Shown: one piece after another, positions 10,508 through 20,011 of the stretch | Numbering within the stretch: the first letter of the stretch is position 1 | Layout of the letters: each line of letters starts with the position of its first letter | Assembly (NCBI GenBank): GCA_018715345.1 | Contig: DVLT01000038.1 | Span: 7,614 to 71,613, forward strand | DNA: 64,000 bases | Source of the DNA: Candidatus Onthocola gallistercoris | Lineage (GTDB): Bacteria; Bacillota; Clostridia; Lachnospirales; Lachnospiraceae | Reading direction: 5' to 3' | The notes under the pieces: model-generated | Told to the model about the DNA's origin: nothing | Databases searched by the model: none | Seen by the model: the letters and a program-made list of their open reading frames with translations, nothing else | Program-made: the position numbers and the translations under genes

Positions 10508-10555
10508 GTGATCAAAAAGGCATGAAAACCGAGATTTTCATGCCTTTTTGATCAC
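10508..10555. terminator. Perfect 21-bp inverted repeat, bidirectional terminator-like
   Basis: GTGATCAAAAAGGCATGAAAA, loop CCGAGA, then TTTTCATGCCTTTTTGATCAC. Internal A and T runs flank the GC core. Confidence 0.6.
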
Positions 10556-10601
10556 CTGATCTATTCCCTATATGGTAAAATGAAATAAAGGGGGGGGTTT
10601 T

Positions 10602-10979
10602 ATGAATGAAAAAAAGACAAGTCTCGGCTTGATCCTGGTCAGTCTGATCTTTTTTGTCATGTTCCTGTATCTGGATACGCTTTTTCTGGATGCCCGGGAA
10701 CATATGATGACCACCTATCAGTCGGATCGGTTCCTGCGGGTCTATCTTTATGAAGCTCTGCTGTCAGTGATCTTGATCTTTGCTCATTTTCTGGCGGCAC
10801 ATGTGGGCAGAACATTATTTGTCCTGTGGGGTGCAGTGATGAGCCTGCTTATGGCCGGAGGGACTGTCTGGCTGTTTATGCATTTCACATTTGAGGTGCT
10901 TTTAGTACTGACAATGATACACATATCTGCGTGGATCTTCGGCTGGATCAGCCGATGCCGCGGGGAACAGCAATCATAA
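10602..10979 (+). CDS. Small hypothetical membrane protein (about 4 TM)
   Basis: TGGTAAAAT -10 box, G-rich RBS, hydrophobic segments. No recognisable family. Confidence 0.45.
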   Translation: MNEKKTSLGLILVSLIFFVMFLYLDTLFLDAREHMMTTYQSDRFLRVYLYEALLSVILIFAHFLAAHVGRTLFVLWGAVMSLLMAGGTVWLFMHFTFEVLLVLTMIHISAWIFGWISRCRGEQQS

Positions 10980-11094
10980 AGAGGGGGCTGCCGATCATGA
11001 ACGGTATGCTTTTCTCTGGACGGACAAGTGAAAGAATGCAACTTGTCCTTTGGGAAAGCGTACATCCTCTGATCGGACAGCCCCTTGTTTTTAG

Positions 11095-11622
11095 TCAGTC
11101 AGCTATATTTTCGATCAATGGTCCCAGATATTTTTCATCGACCCAGTCGCATTTTTTGCCGGAAGCCGCAAGAAGCGCCTTCATCCATGGCTCGCATACG
11201 TCTGGATCTTTGCCGTTGATCATTTTCTGGAGAAGTTTGCACAGCGTCCGGTCTTTAAAAGTCATACGGCTTTCATCCCAGGCGCCTCGGGCATAAAAAA
11301 GAGGGATTTTTCCGGACAATTCCTTTAAATTATTTTTGCGGACCTCCTCTATCGCTTTGTCATCATAGGGTGAAGCGCCGACGCAAAGAACGGCGATTTT
11401 CTTATCTCGGATATAAGGATAGTTTTTGCGCAGCACGTCCATGCCAGATATGCCGCTGGCGTAAATGGCTCCGGCGAAGATAAAACACTCATATCTGGCC
11501 GCCATATCTTTTTGGAATGACCTGGCGTCAAGAATATCACAGGCAAGTTTTTCCTTTAAAAGTTCCGCATATCTTTTCGTGGCTCCATATTTGGAACGAT
11601 ATAAAACAAGAATATGATCCAT
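11095..11622 (-). CDS. Flavodoxin-domain protein
   Basis: ILVLYRSKYGATKRYAE N-terminus is typical of long flavodoxin-like proteins. Confidence 0.6.
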   Translation of the reverse strand: MDHILVLYRSKYGATKRYAELLKEKLACDILDARSFQKDMAARYECFIFAGAIYASGISGMDVLRKNYPYIRDKKIAVLCVGASPYDDKAIEEVRKNNLKELSGKIPLFYARGAWDESRMTFKDRTLCKLLQKMINGKDPDVCEPWMKALLAASGKKCDWVDEKYLGPLIENIAD

Positions 11623-11775
11623 TTTTTCCCTTCTTTCCCATATTGAAAAACTATTTTTATCATCTTGTTTCTTATATGTCTCTCTATCATATCATAGAAT
11701 GAAGATAAATATTTTCAGATAATTATAAAAAGTTTATGAAATTCCCGCACCTTTCGTAAAATTGAAAAAAGAATA

Positions 11776-12103
11776 TGGTATAATGTTCACGAAAGCAATG
11801 AGCCGTGCGCGGACAAACGTAAGACGTTTTGTACGCATGCGTACGGAAAACGTCTTACGGATGGAAGCATAGGGCGAATGCCCGTGAGCGAGTGGAGCGG
11901 AGGCGGAACGAGCCGGGCACGGCGTGAAGGATCGGCCTTCCTTGCTGGCGCAAGGATCATACCGAAAAGCCACGGCTTGGGAAGCAAATGTCGCATACGC
12001 GCCGCTTTCTTCCCTGCGCACGTGGTATAATGTTCACGAAAGGGCGGAAAGCCTGGCACGGCGTGAAGGATCGGCCTTCCTTGCTGGCGCAAGGATCATA
12101 CCG
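11776..12103 (+). repeat. Partly duplicated promoter-leader module
   Basis: TGGTATAATGTTCACGAAAG occurs at 11776-11795 and 12023-12042. An identical 49-mer, GGCACGGCGTGAAGGATCGGCCTTCCTTGCTGGCGCAAGGATCATACCG, occurs at 11916-11964 and 12055-12103. Confidence 0.8.
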
Positions 12104-12168
12104 GGAGGTTACGGCTTTGAAAACTGGACGGTGAGGAGATACCTGAAAAGTTTGAAAGGGATGAATAT

Positions 12169-13641
12169 ATGAAACTGGGTACACGCATGAAAATAACATA
12201 TGCAATGGTATTCATTGTGCCGCTTTTGCTGATCGGCATCAGTTTCTGGGGGATAGGAAGACTGGAGCTGCAGCAGTTGGGAGGCAGATATGGTGTTGCA
12301 GATGCGAATCTGAGTATTACATCGGACCCCTTTTCCATGTTCAACAATATCGGCAATACGGTGATCAGCCAGTTGCAGACGACTATACAGGAAAAACCAG
12401 CCGCTTTGGATGACGTATCCTATCTGGAAGATATCAATAGTCAGCTGGGTACCTATTCTTCTTTTATCATCGTAAGAAGACAGGGCGAGATCTACTTCAA
12501 TGGAAGCGATGATGACGATGTTGTGATCGAAGACACGGATGGCTATCAACCGGCAGGAAATTATATTATCGGCGATACCCCCTACCATCTGAGGCAGATC
12601 GATTTTAATTTTGCCAATGGGGATGAGGGAAGTATCCAGATCCTCACACCGGTGACCATGGTGGTGGATCAGCTCAGGAATATTTATACTCGACTGCTGG
12701 TCATATCTGTCATCATCCTGTTTGTGGCCAGTAGTATTGCCATTTTTTGGCTTTATCAAAGCATTGTTCAGCCGTTGGGCAAGTTAAAGGTGGCAGCGGA
12801 GAACATAAAAGACGGTAATCTGGATTTTAATGTGGTCACGGAAGCGGAGGACGAGATCGGTGAATTGTGTACGGCGTTTGAAGAGATGCGTTCCAAGTTA
12901 AAAGAGCAGATCGATATTAATATGCAGTATGAAAAGGAAAACAAAGAACTGATCAGCAACATTTCCCATGACCTGAAAACTCCGATCACAGCCATCAAAG
13001 GCTATGTGGAAGGTATCCGGGACGGTGTGGCGGACACACCGGAAAAAATGGACAAATATATCCGGACCATTTATAATAAGGCAACTGACATGGATAAACT
13101 GATCGATGAGCTGTTTTTGTACTCCAAGTTGGACAGCAATTCGTTGAATTATTCCTTTGCCAAGATCAATGTGAATGATTATTTCGAGGATTGTGCGGAT
13201 GAAATATCACTGGATCTGGAATCCAGGAACATTATTTTCTCCTATCATAATTATGTGGATAAGGACACGATCATCATTGCGGACCCGGAACAGCTTAAGC
13301 GGGTGATCAATAATATCGTGGGTAATTCGGTCAAATATACCGGCAATAAGCAGGGCGTTATCAGCCTGCGCATCAAGGATGAACCGGAATTTATCCAGGT
13401 GGAGATCGAGGACAATGGAAAAGGCATTGCCAAAAATGAACTGCCTCGGATCTTCGAAAGAAGCTATCGGACAGATGCCTCCAGAAATTCTTCCCAGGGC
13501 GGAAGCGGTCTGGGCTTATCCATAGCAAAAAAGATCATAGAAGAGCATGGCGGGAAAATATGGGCGAGAAGCACAGAGGGTATGGGGACCACCCTATGCT
13601 TTGTTTTAAGAAAATACAGGGAGAGTGGTATATATGAGTAA
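12169..13641 (+). CDS. Sensor histidine kinase (extracytoplasmic loop, HAMP, HisKA, HATPase)
   Basis: Two TM segments. H-box SHDLKTPIT, N-box NNIVGNSVKYT, G-boxes DNGKGI and GGSGLGLSI. Confidence 0.85.
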   Translation: MKLGTRMKITYAMVFIVPLLLIGISFWGIGRLELQQLGGRYGVADANLSITSDPFSMFNNIGNTVISQLQTTIQEKPAALDDVSYLEDINSQLGTYSSFIIVRRQGEIYFNGSDDDDVVIEDTDGYQPAGNYIIGDTPYHLRQIDFNFANGDEGSIQILTPVTMVVDQLRNIYTRLLVISVIILFVASSIAIFWLYQSIVQPLGKLKVAAENIKDGNLDFNVVTEAEDEIGELCTAFEEMRSKLKEQIDINMQYEKENKELISNISHDLKTPITAIKGYVEGIRDGVADTPEKMDKYIRTIYNKATDMDKLIDELFLYSKLDSNSLNYSFAKINVNDYFEDCADEISLDLESRNIIFSYHNYVDKDTIIIADPEQLKRVINNIVGNSVKYTGNKQGVISLRIKDEPEFIQVEIEDNGKGIAKNELPRIFERSYRTDASRNSSQGGSGLGLSIAKKIIEEHGGKIWARSTEGMGTTLCFVLRKYRESGIYE

Positions 13642-14323
13642 AATTTTGATCATAGAAGATGAGGTCAGCATAGCGGAACTGGAAAAGGACTATTTGGAAT
13701 TGAGCGGTTTTGAAGTAACGATGGAGCATTCTGGCGAGACAGGACTTGAAAGAGCGTTAAAAGAGCCCTTTGATCTGATCATCCTGGATCTGATGCTGCC
13801 CGGTATCGATGGATTTGAAATCTGTAAAAAAGTGCGGGAAGAGAAAAACATCCCTGTGCTGATGGTTTCAGCCAAGAAGGAAGATATCGACAAGATCCGT
13901 GGACTGGGCCTGGGTGCAGACGATTATATCACAAAGCCCTTCAGTCCCAGTGAATTGGTGGCTCGTGTGAAAGCCCATATGGCCAGATATGAACGTCTTA
14001 TTGGCAGCGCCGCTAAGACAAATGAGATCATCGAGATCCGGGGGCTGAAGATCGACAAGACAGCCCGCCGGGTTTATGTGAATGGAGAGGAAAAAGCGTT
14101 TACTACAAAAGAGTTCGATCTGCTCACTTTCCTGGCAGAAAATCCCAATCATGTGTTTAAAAAGGAAGAACTGTTTAACAAGATATGGGATATGGAGTCA
14201 GTGGGTGATATCGCAACGGTCACCGTACATATTAAAAAGATCAGAGAAAAGATCGAGTTTAATACCTCTAAGCCCCAATATATTGAAACGATCTGGGGCG
14301 TGGGATACCGCTTTAAAGTCTGA
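13634..14323 (+). CDS. OmpR/PhoB-family response regulator
   Basis: ILIIEDE...DLIILDLMLPG receiver domain and winged-helix tail (IETIWGVGYRF). The ATG overlaps the kinase stop by 8 nt. Confidence 0.9.
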   Translation: MSKILIIEDEVSIAELEKDYLELSGFEVTMEHSGETGLERALKEPFDLIILDLMLPGIDGFEICKKVREEKNIPVLMVSAKKEDIDKIRGLGLGADDYITKPFSPSELVARVKAHMARYERLIGSAAKTNEIIEIRGLKIDKTARRVYVNGEEKAFTTKEFDLLTFLAENPNHVFKKEELFNKIWDMESVGDIATVTVHIKKIREKIEFNTSKPQYIETIWGVGYRFKV

Positions 14324-14341
14324 TAAGAAGGGGAAGGATCA

Positions 14342-15022
14342 ATGGAACCGGAGATTTTATATGAAGATAAATTTGTGATCGTCTGTGTGAAACCGGAGGG
14401 TATGCCGTCCCAGGACGACCATTCCTCGACCATGGACATGGTCAGCTGGCTAAAAAATCATGTTTCCGGGGCCATCAGCGGAAAACCGCCTTATATCGGT
14501 GTGGTACATCGGCTGGACCGGCCGGTGGGCGGCGTGATGGTCTATGCAAAGACACCTCAGGCGGCAAAGGAACTGAGCCGCCAGTTTGCGGAACATAAAA
14601 CGGATAAAGTGTATACTGCAGTACTGACTGGCAAACTTCCGGCAAAGAAAGGGATTTTGACAGACTGGCTAATGAAGGGCAGAGATAATCTGTCCCAGGT
14701 GACGACGGCTAAAGCTTCGGGTAGCAAGGAGGCCAGGTTGTCCTACCAGGTGATCCGGTCCAAATATGAAACAGGACGGACATGGACGCTGGCGCAGATC
14801 GCCCTGGATACGGGCAGACACCACCAGATACGGGTCCAGATGGCCCACGCCGGCGCCGGCGTATACGGAGACCGAAAGTATAACCCGGATGGCCCGATCC
14901 TTCCAGAGGCCGGAGGTATCGGCCTGTTTGCGTCAAAGTTGACGTTCACCCATCCGGTGACCAGGAAGAAGATGACCTTTCAGGCCAAACCGACGGGCCG
15001 GATCTTTCAGATGTTTTCCTGA
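14342..15022 (+). CDS. RluA-family pseudouridine synthase (no S4 domain)
   Basis: HRLDRPVGGVMV catalytic Asp motif and HQIRVQ motif. Confidence 0.8.
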   Translation: MEPEILYEDKFVIVCVKPEGMPSQDDHSSTMDMVSWLKNHVSGAISGKPPYIGVVHRLDRPVGGVMVYAKTPQAAKELSRQFAEHKTDKVYTAVLTGKLPAKKGILTDWLMKGRDNLSQVTTAKASGSKEARLSYQVIRSKYETGRTWTLAQIALDTGRHHQIRVQMAHAGAGVYGDRKYNPDGPILPEAGGIGLFASKLTFTHPVTRKKMTFQAKPTGRIFQMFS

Positions 15023-15198
15023 AAGGGGCCGGATCATATGCCAACCGACAGGTGTGGTCTCGGTGGCATATTTCCTTGAAGGCATGAGGCAATGGCACGA
15101 CAAAGCGTTGATGTAAATCAGTAAAGATCACAAATCCCTTCTGTTCAAAGGTCAGCCAGATATGGTAAAATGGATAAAAAGGGATGGAGGGGACATGG

Positions 15199-16569
15199 AT
15201 GGCGATAAATATACCGGAAAAAGCGGCATGGATCCTGAAGCAGCTGAATGCCCATGGCTATGAAGCCTATGTGGTGGGCGGATGTGTCCGGGACAGCATT
15301 TTAGGCAGGGCGCCGGAGGACTGGGACATAACCACTTCTGCCAAGCCGGAGCAGATCAAAGCGGTTTTCTCAAGGACGGTGGATACGGGAATTGCCCATG
15401 GCACGGTGACAGTATTGGTGGATCGGGAAGGGTTTGAAGTGACCACGTACCGTATCGATGGCGCCTATGAAGATCATCGGCATCCGAAGGAAGTGGCCTT
15501 TACTGCGGATCTGAAAGAAGATCTTAGACGCAGAGATTTTACGATCAATGCCATGGCCTATCATCCGGATACAGGATTAGTGGACTGTTTTGGCGGTCTG
15601 GAAGATCTTAAACAAGGGATCATCCGCTGTGTGGGCGAACCGATACAGCGATTTGAGGAAGATGCGCTGAGAGTACTGAGGGGTATCCGTTTTTCTGCGC
15701 AGCTTGGGTTTGCGATCGGACCGGAGACGGAAGCGGCCATACGGGCAAAAAGTCCGGATCTGAAGCGGATCAGCGCGGAACGTATCCAGGCGGAGCTGGT
15801 GAAGCTGCTCATCTCGCCTCATCCGGAATATATAAAAAAGGCCTGTGAACTGGGAGTGACGGCGGTGATCCTGCCGGAATATGACCGGATCGTAGGTGTT
15901 GACCAGCATACGCCCAATCACATTTATGATGTGGAGGAGCACACGCTGATCGCTTTGAAAAATATTGACGCCACGCCGATCCTCAGACTGACCATGCTGA
16001 TCCATGATTTCGGGAAACCTGTGGTCAAAAAGACAGACGGAGGACGGGATATTTTTTACAGACATCCGGAAGTGAGCGCAGTCATGGCCAGGGATATATT
16101 AAAACGGCTGAAGTTCGATAACTATACGCTGGAGCATGTGTACCGGCTGGTGAAGTGGCATGGACTGAAATATTATCCCACAGAGAAAAGCGTCCGACGG
16201 GCCCTGAACCGAGTAGGCGCGGATATCTTTGAAGATTTTATCCGTGTACAGCGGGCGGATGTATCTGCCAAGAATCCGGCGGTGGTGCCGGAGAAGCTGA
16301 GGCTGTTGGATGAAAAAGAAAAGATATATCGTCAGATCATTGAGCGAGGCGACTGTTTTGAAGTGCGGACATTGGCGGTGGGAGGAAAGGATCTGATCCA
16401 GGCCGGCATTGAACCGGGGCCTCTTCTGGGAGCAGTACTTGAACGCCTGGTGGAACGGGTGATCGACGATCCGGAGCTGAACACAAAAGAGCGGCTGATC
16501 GCGCTGGCGCTGAAAGAGAAGGATGATCCCTCCATCTTTGATGAGAAAGCGTATTTCTTTGAAAAATAA
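15199..16569 (+). CDS. cca: CCA-adding tRNA nucleotidyltransferase
   Basis: GGCVRDSILGR...DWDITT head-domain motif, RRDFTINA, C-terminal HD-like region. ATG 15199 lies 7 nt after GGAGGGG; the track start at 15184 sits inside the RBS. Confidence 0.85.
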   Translation: MAINIPEKAAWILKQLNAHGYEAYVVGGCVRDSILGRAPEDWDITTSAKPEQIKAVFSRTVDTGIAHGTVTVLVDREGFEVTTYRIDGAYEDHRHPKEVAFTADLKEDLRRRDFTINAMAYHPDTGLVDCFGGLEDLKQGIIRCVGEPIQRFEEDALRVLRGIRFSAQLGFAIGPETEAAIRAKSPDLKRISAERIQAELVKLLISPHPEYIKKACELGVTAVILPEYDRIVGVDQHTPNHIYDVEEHTLIALKNIDATPILRLTMLIHDFGKPVVKKTDGGRDIFYRHPEVSAVMARDILKRLKFDNYTLEHVYRLVKWHGLKYYPTEKSVRRALNRVGADIFEDFIRVQRADVSAKNPAVVPEKLRLLDEKEKIYRQIIERGDCFEVRTLAVGGKDLIQAGIEPGPLLGAVLERLVERVIDDPELNTKERLIALALKEKDDPSIFDEKAYFFEK

Positions 16570-16588
16570 AAAGTACATAAAATAAAGC

Positions 16589-16629
16589 AAGGGGCGTAAA
16601 GCATCAGATAATGACTTTACGCCCCTTTT
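16589..16629. terminator. Bidirectional rho-independent terminator between convergent genes
   Basis: AAGGGGCGTAAAG, loop, CTTTACGCCCCTT, flanked by an A run and a T run. Confidence 0.7.
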
Positions 16630-16630
16630 G

Positions 16631-18466
16631 TCATAGAAAGGTTTCTGAAATTTCCGTGTCGCCGTTGGCAGTATAGCTTGTGATTCCCTCTCCCACATTG
16701 GGGTATTTTTGTGAGTAGACAAGATCGGCCAGAAATGCAAGGGCAAGGGCAGCGCACAAAATACGCAGCGTATGGAAAGGAATCTTCAGGATCAGGCTAT
16801 CCAGTATGGGAGCCAGCACGTAAGCGATCATCAGACCGCCAATACCAAAAACCAGAAGCCCTTCCGCGCAGATCCGTCCGTGCAGATTCAGGAAGTATCC
16901 GCTGTAGTCCCACCACTTTGTCCCGCCTGAGGTGATTTCCATGATATAGGAGGTCATATATTCCAGAATGCCGCATACCAGGACAATGGATGTAAATTCG
17001 ATCAGCGGGCGTTTCCGGAATCGGCTGAGTAGAGTCAGGATCAAAACACCGCCGGAACCGTAGATCGGAAGCCAAGGGCCATGCAAAGCTCCCCGATTGA
17101 CAAAAATACCGTCTGTGATCAGATGGAGACAGACCTCCCACAGCCAGCCGATAAAAGAAAAAGTGAAAAAGATCAGGATGAGGGACCAGACGGAGTATCG
17201 GCGCATATAGTTCAGTGAAGCCACCAGTTTACGTCTGGCGCTTTCAGGGATGGGATAGAGACGGCCGGGATAAGTCAGACCATTTGCCGCATCTTCCAGT
17301 TCTTCATTTTTCAGCTTCAGAGCCTGATATTGTTCATACTGTTTTTCTTTTTCCGTGCGGAAGAAAAGGATCCCCAGATATTTAGCGAAGAATCCGCGTA
17401 TGCCGACGGGTTCTTCCGGATCCTTTATATGTTCGTTCATGGTGATGACCACGTCATTGTAAACCGCATTCAGTGTTTCCTGATCGGCCTGTTTGTACAG
17501 ATAAATATCCGCCAGACGTTCTGTCCCGGGGATCTGGTTCTCCTTTGCCTGCTGTCTAAGCTGCACATAATATTCTGTAAACGATGCGATGATATACGGA
17601 TTGATATAGAGGATATCTGCGATACCCAGTGTCAGTCCGCCCACAACATACCACCCGAGAAAGGAAAACTCAAAACGGAAACATTCCCATTTATGTCCTT
17701 TCATCATCCGGCGGGAAAGGTTGATGGCTTCCCGGGCTTTCATGTCCGGATTTTCAGCGGCAATATAGGGGACCAGAAAATAAGAGTAATGTTTGATCAT
17801 ACCGCCGATAATGGTCAGACTCCAGAGGAATTGGAAAATATATTTGACGAACATGATCCAAGAGGCTTGGAGCCATTTTTTAACACGCAGAAGGAAAATA
17901 AAACGCTGCAGAGGAACCTTCTGATAAGTGCGGCCTTCCAAAAAGATCCGCCGCATGATAATGCCGTAAGTGTTTTGGATAAGGAACCAGAAAAGGAAAA
18001 AGCAGAGTGTGCCACCGATGATCAGAACCATCACGCCGGCATTTTCTGATCCGGTAATGGAGTTGACGGCTGCTGTAAAAGTGATCAGGATCGATCCGGA
18101 GGTAAGCTGATTGACAATACCGGAAAGGACGCCGCGGGTCCGTCCAAACATGGGATTGCCGGAATGGGACTGTTCCACCGCCTTGGTTTTCAGGTCCTGG
18201 GAAAGGGCTCGGCCTTCTTCCAAGTCGTTTTCCAGGATGTCCTGGAGGACATCCCGCCAGGTCACACCCAGGGGCACAGTCGTATATACTTTCGGATCAG
18301 TGAAATGCGTTTTCAGAGCTTCCCTGTTTTGAGCATGGGAAAAATTTAAGGAGGCGGAAAATTCAGAGGCAAAAAAAGCGGCGATCAGACAAGCTGCCAT
18401 GAAGATAAAATAATGCTTTTTCAACGCTGCTTTGCCTTTCCGTTTCATTTCTTTTCGAGTTATCAT
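16631..18466 (-). CDS. Membrane protein: DUF975-like N-terminal half fused to a CmpB-like C-terminal half (the family named putative ABC transporter type IV)
   Basis: N-terminus MKRKGKAALKKHYF... plus FSFLGWYVVGG is typical of DUF975. C-terminal WEVCLHLITDGIFVNRGALHGPWLPIYG is typical of the CmpB-like family. Confidence 0.55.
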   Translation of the reverse strand: MITRKEMKRKGKAALKKHYFIFMAACLIAAFFASEFSASLNFSHAQNREALKTHFTDPKVYTTVPLGVTWRDVLQDILENDLEEGRALSQDLKTKAVEQSHSGNPMFGRTRGVLSGIVNQLTSGSILITFTAAVNSITGSENAGVMVLIIGGTLCFFLFWFLIQNTYGIIMRRIFLEGRTYQKVPLQRFIFLLRVKKWLQASWIMFVKYIFQFLWSLTIIGGMIKHYSYFLVPYIAAENPDMKAREAINLSRRMMKGHKWECFRFEFSFLGWYVVGGLTLGIADILYINPYIIASFTEYYVQLRQQAKENQIPGTERLADIYLYKQADQETLNAVYNDVVITMNEHIKDPEEPVGIRGFFAKYLGILFFRTEKEKQYEQYQALKLKNEELEDAANGLTYPGRLYPIPESARRKLVASLNYMRRYSVWSLILIFFTFSFIGWLWEVCLHLITDGIFVNRGALHGPWLPIYGSGGVLILTLLSRFRKRPLIEFTSIVLVCGILEYMTSYIMEITSGGTKWWDYSGYFLNLHGRICAEGLLVFGIGGLMIAYVLAPILDSLILKIPFHTLRILCAALALAFLADLVYSQKYPNVGEGITSYTANGDTEISETFL

Positions 18467-18688
18467 AGGCGTTTTCCAGAACTGTCTAAATCAGACAGTT
18501 GTTTGATCCTTTCTCTTTATCTTCTTTTCAGCAGGCAAGAGGTCGGAAAATATCTGTTAAGCGTTACAAAAACCTGCAGATCTTAAATACAGTATAACAA
18601 AAATCTGGTATGTAAGGCAATCTATACCTATGTATTCTATGAAAGTCATTTATTCTTCCGGGATCGCGGGAAGTCGGCTGGATCTGAG

Positions 18689-18732
18689 GAACAAAAAGAT
18701 CTGATCCCGGATGGATACCTGGGATCAGATCT
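18689..18732 (-). terminator. Rho-independent terminator of the 18749-19237 gene
   Basis: Perfect 12-bp stem: AGATCTGATCCC (18697-18708) pairs with GGGATCAGATCT (18721-18732). Followed by TTTTGTT on the minus strand. Confidence 0.6.
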
Positions 18733-18748
18733 TAAACTTAACAAAAAA

Positions 18749-19237
18749 TCATTTTTTTCCTGCCGCTGCGGCCGCTTTACTGCGAAGCCGGGCGAGTAAT
18801 CCTTGTTTCTTTTTAGGCGGCATGGTGAGCGCCGGACCTCTCAGGCTTCTCACACTCATAATGTAGATGCCGCTGACCATGGCGCGGACTTCCTGTTTGA
18901 CTGGAAGCATCTCAAAAGCGGTGTCATCGCACATCAGCGTCATGATCCTCGGACCGACCTTTGCTTTAACAACGGGTATTTTTGAACGGCGCAGGTACTT
19001 GGGCGTTGATTCGATAACGACTTTTGGCAAGCCGGATTCTTTCATCTTCAATCGTTTTTTATCAATGATAAGCATAGTCATCGGTTGGGCAGCGGCTTCC
19101 ATCTGCTGTTGGGATGCTTCCGCTTTTTTCTGTTGTTTTGAACCCCAAATGGCGATGGCGATAAAGGCTGCCAACAGCACGACGAGCACAATGATCAGAA
19201 TCGTGACAGGTAATGGCATCAGTAATAAAGGTGTCAT
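18749..19237 (-). CDS. Hypothetical N-terminally membrane-anchored protein
   Basis: One N-terminal TM helix, a Gln/Ala-rich linker and a basic tail. No family recognised. Confidence 0.4.
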   Translation of the reverse strand: MTPLLLMPLPVTILIIVLVVLLAAFIAIAIWGSKQQKKAEASQQQMEAAAQPMTMLIIDKKRLKMKESGLPKVVIESTPKYLRRSKIPVVKAKVGPRIMTLMCDDTAFEMLPVKQEVRAMVSGIYIMSVRSLRGPALTMPPKKKQGLLARLRSKAAAAAGKK

Positions 19238-19282
19238 CCTCCGTTCCCTCCTTAGTGTTTATCAATCTTATTAATTGTAGCA

Positions 19283-20011
19283 TCAATCAGGGATGTTTTC
19301 AAGCATCATTTCCTGTATGATCGCCTGTGTCCGGGCGCCCAGATGTTTCTTTTCGGCCGGTGATAATCCGGTGGGATCGATGGGTTTCCCAAAGGTGACG
19401 GTGACGGTGGCCTTTTGTACTTTTGGAATATGAGTTTCAAAAATATTTTCCGTGTTGTATACAGCCACAGGAACGATCGGCCTTCCGCTCTTGACGGCGA
19501 TCCTCATGGTGCCTTCTTTAAAAGGTTTCATTTCGCCGCCAAGTCCGCGGGTCCCTTCGGGAAAGACAAAAACAGATGTATTACCCTTTAAAAGATCCGT
19601 ACACTTCGCTATGGTTTTCATACCCTTTCGCAGATCATCCCTGTCAAGGAACTGACAGTTCATCAGGATCATCCATATATTCACAAAGGGGAATTTGAGC
19701 ATTTCTTTTTTGGAAAGAAATGCGGTGTTGTTTTTGACCAGAGGATAGCAGGTTACAATGTCATAGTAACTCCTATGGTTGGACACATAGAGTACCGGGG
19801 TATCCTTTGGCACATTTTCAAGGCCGGATATAACGACCCGGGTTCCGCTGATCACGAGGATGATCCGAAATCCCAGACAGGCGATCGCCTGAGAGGCTTT
19901 TGCCCGGGCTTCTTTGCTGAAAAGTCCCACGATCAGGACGACCAGATACAGAGGGATACTGATGATAAAAAACAGGAGCAGGAAAATACAGATAAGTATA
20001 AAACGTATCAT
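19283..20011 (-). CDS. plsC: 1-acyl-sn-glycerol-3-phosphate acyltransferase
   Basis: NHRSYYD (HX4D) and FPEGTR motifs. ATG 20011 overlaps the malQ stop (ATGA). AGGAGG lies 8 nt upstream. Confidence 0.8.
   Translation of the reverse strand: MIRFILICIFLLLFFIISIPLYLVVLIVGLFSKEARAKASQAIACLGFRIILVISGTRVVISGLENVPKDTPVLYVSNHRSYYDIVTCYPLVKNNTAFLSKKEMLKFPFVNIWMILMNCQFLDRDDLRKGMKTIAKCTDLLKGNTSVFVFPEGTRGLGGEMKPFKEGTMRIAVKSGRPIVPVAVYNTENIFETHIPKVQKATVTVTFGKPIDPTGLSPAEKKHLGARTQAIIQEMMLENIPD

Noticed and set aside
11734-12205. Three overlapping 82-101-aa minus-strand ORFs in the spacer between the flavodoxin gene and the kinase gene
   Set aside because: They are generated by the GC-rich duplicated leader repeats. 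The same peptide strings (GRSFTPC...) recur only because the DNA is repeated, there are no RBSs, and the region is better explained as regulatory RNA or DNA.
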